Below are positions 57,787 through 64,000 of a DNA stretch of 64,000 bases, in pieces. The DNA is from Arcobacteraceae bacterium (GTDB lineage Bacteria > Campylobacterota > Campylobacteria > Campylobacterales > Arcobacteraceae), in NCBI GenBank assembly GCA_041672955.1, contig JBAYYP010000003.1, positions 13,899 through 77,898 on the forward strand, in the 5' to 3' direction. Each line of letters opens with the position of its first letter. Positions within the stretch are counted from its first letter, which is position 1. A program made the position numbers and the translations under genes. The notes under the pieces were generated by a model, which had not been told where the DNA came from, did not search any database, and was given only the letters and a program-made list of their open reading frames with translations.

Positions 57787-59524
57787 AGTTGATATTAAAA
57801 TAAAATATCAAAATTTACATGAAGATTTTAAAATATTATCAAAATCTATTCAATACAAAAGCTTCAAAGAAAGAGGAAAATTGATAAATGACTTTAAAAA
57901 AGATATTAATCCTCTTGCTTTTACTATTACAAAAGATGAAATCATTTATATAGTGAATAAAAATGATTTGATAAAAGATGATATGAGTAAAAAAGTTCCT
58001 ATGTTTAAAATAGAATCATTTCCAAAAGATTTTATAGCAAATCTTTTATTCCAATTTTTAAGAGAAAAACTCAATTTTTTCTCAATAATAGAAGAGCCTT
58101 ACAAGTTGTTTTACTTAGTGAAGAATGGTAAAAAGATTCTGGAGACTCTTTGTTTTGAGATAGATAAAAATAGTCTATTTCAAGCAAATGCTGTTGCATT
58201 TAAAAAGTTTGAAGGAGATGCAAAAGAGTCAAAAAACATACTATACACAACAAATGGAAAAGCATTAACAATTTACAAAGAAGACCAAAAAAGCAAAGAT
58301 TTATTTTCAAAAGGCAATTTTAGAAATAAGAAGATTACTATAGAATTTTTTTCAAGGAGCATTAATCAATATCCTAATTCTAAAGCATATTTTATTGCTA
58401 TGTTCTTAATAGATATAAAAAAACATTTAAGCCATTACATAGATATAAGCTTTACAAGAGAACTTATGACAAGCTATAAAAGCTATACAAATAGTTATAA
58501 AGAAAAGAAAGCAAATATAACACTTAAAAATATCCAAAGTTCAATAGCTGAATTAAATATACTAAATTGTACAAAATATTCAACTGATACGCTAATGACT
58601 TCTATAAAAAAAGTTTTTGATGACAAAATAGAAATATCACTAGATAAGCCTATTGAGAAAAATGAGTTTAATTTAGTTTTATTGTATAGCAAAGAGTATT
58701 ATACAAAAAACAATATTGAAGATCCATACAAGAATCTAAAAAAACTAAACCCCTATACTCAGGTCTTGATTTTAGATAATAAAAAAATAAACAATTATTC
58801 TTTAGAGGTATGCTTAAAAGAGTTGTTGATAAAAAACGACATTAATAACAAAAAAATTACACTAAGTACCTATGAGAGTAACCAAATTCATAAAATTTAC
58901 TCCATAGAAGCCATCAAAAACAAAGATACCATATATAAAGTCCATGAATTAAGTATAGAAAAACATCAAGCAATCTCATATAAAATATTAGAACAAGAAG
59001 AAGCAGAAGAGTTTATTCAATATTTTTTGAATACCAATAATTCAGATCATGCTCTTGAGGTGCTAGTAGAAGATTTTGAAGGAAATATCAATGCAATTTA
59101 TAAAACTAAACAATATCCAATAGTAGATTTTGAAGGAATATATGATTATTACAATACTGTAGATGTAGAAATTGAGAAATTTAATCCAGCTAGAAAAGGC
59201 AAAGAAGATTCAAAAGAACATTCGAAGAGATATCATCTTACACAGGGATTTCATAATTTAAAATACTACTTGTCTGAAAGTAAAGCATATTATACAGTTG
59301 GTGTGAATGTAGGAACCAATAATTTTTCAAAAACTGCTCCTATACGAAAAGTTTGTGCCTATAAAGGAGACCTGATTTTAGATAAAATTTTGCCAACTCT
59401 TGATGAGTTTTTTGTTAAAAACAAAGAATTTACGGTGTTGCCTTTTGGGTTAAAATATTTAAGAGAGTTTAGGCAAATAATAAAGGGAGGGTCGTGTTTT
59501 GTACCTTTGAGCAGAAATACCTAA
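57764..59524 (+). CDS. ddmE: Divergent prokaryotic Argonaute-like protein, DdmE-like
   Basis: Overlaps the helicase-nuclease gene; MID-like EYY...DPY...Q and LKELLIK; C-terminal FVKNKEFTVLPFGLKYLREF, recalled from DdmE-type proteins. Confidence 0.6.
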   Translation: MLNVQTNKVDIKIKYQNLHEDFKILSKSIQYKSFKERGKLINDFKKDINPLAFTITKDEIIYIVNKNDLIKDDMSKKVPMFKIESFPKDFIANLLFQFLREKLNFFSIIEEPYKLFYLVKNGKKILETLCFEIDKNSLFQANAVAFKKFEGDAKESKNILYTTNGKALTIYKEDQKSKDLFSKGNFRNKKITIEFFSRSINQYPNSKAYFIAMFLIDIKKHLSHYIDISFTRELMTSYKSYTNSYKEKKANITLKNIQSSIAELNILNCTKYSTDTLMTSIKKVFDDKIEISLDKPIEKNEFNLVLLYSKEYYTKNNIEDPYKNLKKLNPYTQVLILDNKKINNYSLEVCLKELLIKNDINNKKITLSTYESNQIHKIYSIEAIKNKDTIYKVHELSIEKHQAISYKILEQEEAEEFIQYFLNTNNSDHALEVLVEDFEGNINAIYKTKQYPIVDFEGIYDYYNTVDVEIEKFNPARKGKEDSKEHSKRYHLTQGFHNLKYYLSESKAYYTVGVNVGTNNFSKTAPIRKVCAYKGDLILDKILPTLDEFFVKNKEFTVLPFGLKYLREFRQIIKGGSCFVPLSRNT

Positions 59525-59726
59525 AAAGTTAAAAATACGAAAACCAGCTGTGAGTTTTAAATCAGCAGTTGAAAACTTACGATTTCTAACCCCTGGGGAT
59601 TTTGCAGCGGTGGTAAGACAAAATAGATTTCGACCTATTAAAAATGTGAAAGATTTAATATCAAGGATTGAAGATGAAATAACTGTGAAGAGTGCAAATA
59701 ATAATAAAAAGATGGGGTTTATATAA
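59523..59726 (+). pseudogene. C-terminal remnant of an AAA+ ATPase
   Basis: Start-less frame: ...VENLRFLTPGDFAAVVRQNRFRPIKNVKDLISRIEDEITVK...KMGFI*; its stop abuts the next ATG. Confidence 0.7.
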
Positions 59727-60383
59727 ATGAAAAAACTTACGAAACTTATTAATAAACTTATTAAAAGAGTTGATTTTTTAAGTAATAAAATAGACAAAAT
59801 CTACGAAGATAAAGCAATATGTATCATCGGAGTTGGAGGTGGCGGCTGTAATATAGTTGATGATATAGCTAAACTAGATAATAGTTTTAATATCATTCAC
59901 ATAAACAGTGATATAAATGCTTTAAATACAAAATATTCAGGAAATAAAATAGTTTTAGGTCGTGATATTAAAAGAGGATTTGGTTGTGGTGGTCAAGTAT
60001 CTTGTGGAAGAAAACTTTTTGATGAAAAGATAAAAAAAGAGTTATTAAATTTAATTAAGAACAATGAAAAGATATATCTTGTCTCAACTTTAGGTGGCGG
60101 TGTAGGAAGTGGCGTTATTCCAGAGATTTTAAAGTACCTTCAGTACATTGGAAAAGATGTTAAAGTGATTGTAACTATTCCTTTTAGTTTTGAGGGAAAG
60201 AAAAGAAAAACCAACGCTTATAATTCAATACAAGATATAGAAAAAATTAGCCATGAAAAAACAAATATTAGGGTACTTAAAAACGATGATTTAATCAAGA
60301 AAGCTATCGATGAAGAGCTTAGTGTTAAAGAGACTTTTTTATTAACTTCAAGTATTATTTTTAAGATGATAGAAAAAATCTAA
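59727..60383 (+). CDS. Stand-alone FtsZ/tubulin GTPase (N-terminal) domain protein
   Basis: GVGGGGCN, INSD, GFGCGG, TLGGGVGSG, TIPFSFEGKKR, KNDDL; ends after helix H7, with no T7 loop or C-domain. Confidence 0.85.
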   Translation: MKKLTKLINKLIKRVDFLSNKIDKIYEDKAICIIGVGGGGCNIVDDIAKLDNSFNIIHINSDINALNTKYSGNKIVLGRDIKRGFGCGGQVSCGRKLFDEKIKKELLNLIKNNEKIYLVSTLGGGVGSGVIPEILKYLQYIGKDVKVIVTIPFSFEGKKRKTNAYNSIQDIEKISHEKTNIRVLKNDDLIKKAIDEELSVKETFLLTSSIIFKMIEKI

Positions 60384-60592
60384 TAAAAGTAACATATAAA
60401 TATAAAATAAAACTATATAAAAATGCACTTGATGAAACAGTTGATGGTATGGTAAAATCTTAAAATATAATACCCCAGAGAAAACAAACAATTTTTTGTA
60501 AAGTTTAATTCTTTTATGAGTAAATTTAAACAATAAAAATAGAGGGTAAAGGTATGAGTAGAAAAATGAAACAATATAGCACAGAGTTTTAA

Positions 60593-61291
60593 ATGAAAAA
60601 TATATATATTATAAGTGATGTTCACGGGTGTTATAAAACTCTTTTGGCTTTAATTGAACAATTTCCATATAAACAAAACTCTAAAATTGTTTTTGTTGGT
60701 GATTTAGTTGATAGAGGAGAAAATTCATATAATGTTGTTCAATTTGTTATGGAAAATAATTATGATTGTGTAAAAGGAAATCATGAAGATATGCTTTTAG
60801 AATATGGATCAATAACAAAAGATGAAACTTTAGCAAAGATAGCAAAACATTGGTTAAATAGTTGTGGTGGAAATGAGACAATAAAATCTTATAAAAATAA
60901 TGAGGATTATATTAAACATTATGATTATTTAGACTCTCTACCCATATATATTGAATATAAAGATTACAAAACAGAAAATAGTAGGTATTTAGTTGTAAGC
61001 CACTCGGCTATTGGAACTGTTTGGGAATGTAAAGATAGTCAATATGAAATTGATAAAGATATTTTTGAATCTCATATTTTATGGAGTAGAGAACCCAGTA
61101 TAGATATAAAAGAGATTTTTAATGTTTATGGGCATACCATGTTTGAAGAACCAAAAATGAATGAATTTAGTTGTGGAATAGATTTAGGTTGTTGCTATAA
61201 AGAAAATCCAAAAAAAATTCCAAATCCAAGACTTTGTGCGTTGGAGTTTCCGAGTATGAAACTATTTACTCAAGAGAATTTAGAAGATTAA
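60593..61291 (+). CDS. PPP-family metallophosphoesterase (PrpA/ApaH-like)
   Basis: SDVHG, GDLVDRG, KGNHE, YGHT, IDLG. Confidence 0.9.
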   Translation: MKNIYIISDVHGCYKTLLALIEQFPYKQNSKIVFVGDLVDRGENSYNVVQFVMENNYDCVKGNHEDMLLEYGSITKDETLAKIAKHWLNSCGGNETIKSYKNNEDYIKHYDYLDSLPIYIEYKDYKTENSRYLVVSHSAIGTVWECKDSQYEIDKDIFESHILWSREPSIDIKEIFNVYGHTMFEEPKMNEFSCGIDLGCCYKENPKKIPNPRLCALEFPSMKLFTQENLED

Positions 61292-61304
61292 AGGATTAAT
61301 TAAA

Positions 61305-61685
61305 GTGAAAGAAATTTATATATTTACCTATGGAACATTAAAAGCAGGTTATCCAAATCATGAGCTTTTAGCAGATGCAGAATTTGTATCAGATGCGATT
61401 ACTTGTGAAAAATATCAAATGTATCCAAGTATAAATCATCAGTTTCCTTTTTTAATAAAAAGTGAAAAATCTCAACAGATAAAAGGGGAAGTTTTTAAAA
61501 CAACTTCTAAAGAGTTATTAGAAAAATTAGACTATCTTGAGGGTTATCCCGATTTATATTTAAAAGAATTTATAAAACTTTTTCTTGAAGATGAAACTAT
61601 TGTAGATGCACTTGTATATTTTAAAAATGAAAAGAATAATTTAAATGCTGCTGATTATTCAAATCCTATTAATGAGTGGATTTAA
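61305..61685 (+). CDS. Gamma-glutamylcyclotransferase, copy 2
   Basis: IFTYGTLKAG..NH; MYPSINHQFPFL; IKGEVF; LDYLEGYP. Confidence 0.88.
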   Translation: MKEIYIFTYGTLKAGYPNHELLADAEFVSDAITCEKYQMYPSINHQFPFLIKSEKSQQIKGEVFKTTSKELLEKLDYLEGYPDLYLKEFIKLFLEDETIVDALVYFKNEKNNLNAADYSNPINEWI

Positions 61686-61802
61686 AAAAACTAGCAACCA
61701 AAAAACTATTTTGGGATATGCTCATATGTTTGAAGTAAAATTTTTCAAACATCGTACCATCACTTCCTAATGCTGAAATTATGAAGTTTTGTCTATCTAA
61801 AA

Positions 61803-61902
61803 GGGAGTGTAAAAACAACTGTGTAAATCCTTTACTAATAATTCACTTGATAATATTATCATATTTCCAATATTTTATTATACGAGTTGTTTTTACACTC
61901 CC
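61803..61902. mobile_element. 100-bp MITE / internally deleted IS256-family element
   Basis: Perfect 18-bp terminal inverted repeats GGGAGTGTAAAAACAACT; no ORF; no target duplication seen. Confidence 0.7.
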
Positions 61903-61990
61903 ACATTTATGAAGAAGTTTCAAAGTGCGACTACTTTATGCAGTAACTCTTGCTAAGTGCGGTTAGTCTTTCTATTGCATCATCGGTCAC

Positions 61991-62105
61991 ATGGAAGCCT
62001 TAAGAGAAGATAATGTTTTAATTGTTTATAAACTTGACAGACATAAAAGAACTTGAACTTCCTAGAAGAACTTTTTTAGATAATATTAACTTATACTGCT
62101 TGACA
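61991..62105 (+). pseudogene. Serine resolvase remnant
   Basis: MEALREDNVLIVYKLDR resembles LRxGDxLVVxKLDRL; frameshifted downstream. Confidence 0.55.
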
Positions 62106-62269
62106 GTCGATTTTTAAAATACCCTAAATAGGAACTTTAAAAACTAAAAAACAGTTGTCAATAGATATGGCAAATCCCTACTTAATGCCCTTGTTGTCGA
62201 ATAAAACTCTATTATATTAGGAAGAGTGTTAGTTGGTCTGTTTGCATTTCAATATTCATTATTTACTGC

Positions 62270-62397
62270 TTAATACATAAAGCCAAATAGCCACAATGGT
62301 ATTTTATTGCCATGTCCTACTTCTATGTCATCAGCAACCACAAAACTATTTGGCATATCCTTAATCTGTTTAAAGGTTTAATTTTTACTACCTACTT
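62270..62397 (-). pseudogene. C-terminal remnant of an AAA_14/DUF4143-type ATPase
   Basis: VGSKN*TFKQIKDMPNSFVVADDIEVGHGNKIPLWLFGFMY*. Confidence 0.65.
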
Positions 62398-62559
62398 GGG
62401 TATCTTTACATAAACGGCTTAAATGCGACAAAGAATTTTAAATATAGCTTAAACGCTACTTTTGAAGACCTACAAGCACTTTTCATTCATAAAGATTGAT
62501 CCTCAACTAATAAAACCAATCCTTATGCAATTATGCTCTAGTTTCAACTAATCATAGAG

Positions 62560-63383
62560 ATCACTTTTTTATCTACTTTTGTAAAATCATAAATACCATA
62601 AAACTGTTAATTCTTAAAGTTCTTAATTCTTGGTGCAAATGAAAAGCCTAGTAAATGTGTTATTCCAAATATTACTTCACTAAAACCATGGGTATCGGTT
62701 GAATGAATATCACTTTTAACAACATCATTGTGCATCAACCCATCAATTACATAGCCTGATTCCCTTTCATTGACATTTATAACTGTAGAATAAAAAAGTT
62801 TATGAGACTCATCAATAAAAGTGTAAACACTAACACCTTTTGCTGTTCCAAAATATTTAAATGAATATCCAGCATTAGTTGAATTGATGGAAGATTTAAT
62901 ATTAAATTTTTGACCATCACTTGAAGTGTGATTAATTTTTTTATTATTTCTTAGTATCTTTGAAATCTCTAAACTATCTGTAAATTCTAATATTTTATCA
63001 TTTGCTTCAGTTGTATTATCTTCACTAAAATACCAAGTGGTAGCTGTGTCAAGTTCATTTTCACTGATTCCTTTGGATATTTTAGACATTTTTGATAAAG
63101 AAATATTACAACCATAACCTACTATAGAAGCATATAAAAGATTTTCGTTAGGTTTTTTTATTCTTGTATTTTGTAATGAATAGTGTTTGAAGCAATCTAA
63201 AAAATCAGTTTGCTGCTGTACAGAGTGAAGCAAATCAATTATTGATATAAACTCTGCTTGTGGGAAATATTTTGCAATGGTATTTTCTAACTGCTCGTCA
63301 CTTTTTTCTACTTTTGGAGTTGTGAGCATAAATGAATCAGTAGTAAACTTAAAATAAAAGTTCAGCTCATTTCTTATATTCAA
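62560..63383 (-). pseudogene. Tn3-family transposase fragment (5' truncated, internally deleted)
   Basis: TSSDGQKF, RESGYVIDGL, HSTDTHG, FAPRIKN; after the stop the frame reads QFYGIYDF, like the TnpA C-terminal NxxGxYxF motif. Confidence 0.85.
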
Positions 63384-63408
63384 AGTTATTTAATCACTAG
63401 TTATAGTA

Positions 63409-64000
63409 TCAAGTTTTATGATTTATCGTATATTTAGTACCTTTTCCTGTTGTACCTTCAACTTTTTTGATGCAAGCTTTTTCAAGTAAGTCTGCTAAGT
63501 CTCTTGATGCATTGGTTTCTGCGGTATTAGCAATTTTTACATATTTTTTCTTTGTTAAATCACCTTTAAAATTTTCACTACCTATATCTAGAAACTTATT
63601 TAATACTTTAATTTGTCTTGCATTTAATTCATCACCTCTATGAGCATCCCAGAATTTTGTTTTATCAACAATGTATGATAATTGTTTTTGTGCATCTAAT
63701 AAAGAGTGATGTAGAGTTTTAAAAAACCATTCCATCCAATATGTAATATCTAAAGGTTCGTCTTTTTGAAATCTACCTGTTGTTTCGTCTAGAGCATTAT
63801 AGTATCCAATTCTGTCTTCATAGATACTCTTTGACATAGTATAAATTTTTGAAAAAGAAGACTTTTCTAGTTTGGATAAAACTCTATCTGTTAAAGCCCT
63901 AGTTATACGACCATTCCCATCATCAAAAGGGTGAATAATTACAAACCAAAGATGTGTAATTGCTGCTTTTTCTAAAGAACTAGGTGCTTCATTAAACCAT
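63409..64000 (-). CDS. Fic-family protein with C-terminal wHTH; 5' end outside the window
   Basis: Frame open to the window end: HLWFVIIHPFDDGNGRITRA Fic motif; TASRDL-like NASRDLADL HTH. Confidence 0.9.
   Translation of the reverse strand, partial: WFNEAPSSLEKAAITHLWFVIIHPFDDGNGRITRALTDRVLSKLEKSSFSKIYTMSKSIYEDRIGYYNALDETTGRFQKDEPLDITYWMEWFFKTLHHSLLDAQKQLSYIVDKTKFWDAHRGDELNARQIKVLNKFLDIGSENFKGDLTKKKYVKIANTAETNASRDLADLLEKACIKKVEGTTGKGTKYTINHKT

Larger units (their letters stand above)
46452..64000. mobile_element. Genomic (defence-type) island adjoining the tRNA-Cys 3' end; extends beyond the window
   Basis: Abrupt switch from housekeeping genes to defence, hypothetical and pseudogene content; visibly AT-richer; IS/Tn remnants; arm-site-like repeats next to the tRNA. 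Confidence 0.75.

Noticed and set aside
59485-59526. Tn3-like terminal inverted repeat (GAGGGTCGTG...CCTAA)
   Set aside because: Only a superficial resemblance, and no matching partner was found in the window
59459-59797. 112-aa minus-strand ORF
   Set aside because: Antisense shadow of the AAA remnant and of the ddmE and FtsZ-N gene ends
59727-60383. The chromosomal cell-division ftsZ
   Set aside because: No C-domain or C-terminal peptide, altered signature motif, no ftsA or dcw context, and it lies inside an island

Overview
AT-rich Campylobacterota chromosome segment; gene content and order fit Arcobacteraceae (inference, no database check). 1-4.9 kb is an arsenic-respiration block: the 3' end of an arsenite oxidase (aioA) followed directly by arrC-arrA-arrB. 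5-46 kb is mostly core genome: glnD/glnB/pyrC, a flagellar cluster with two tandem flgK paralogues, tilS-rimO-panC-cysS-nusA, miaB-lpxJ, mqnE, bioF, cobU/cobS, mscL, htrA with a CprRS-like two-component system, ilvD and a tRNA Leu-Ser-Cys operon. From the 3' end of tRNA-Cys (~46.45 kb) to the window end lies a genomic island. It contains a WYL regulator, an RNase H-like gene and a DdmD/DdmE-like helicase-nuclease + Argonaute-like pair. It also carries an FtsZ-like protein split into two complementary stand-alone genes, a soluble VirD4-like ATPase, a degenerate methylase-TRD fusion, two GGCTs, a PPP phosphatase, Fic genes and IS256/Tn3 debris. All product calls come from motif recognition by eye and need HMM or structure confirmation.
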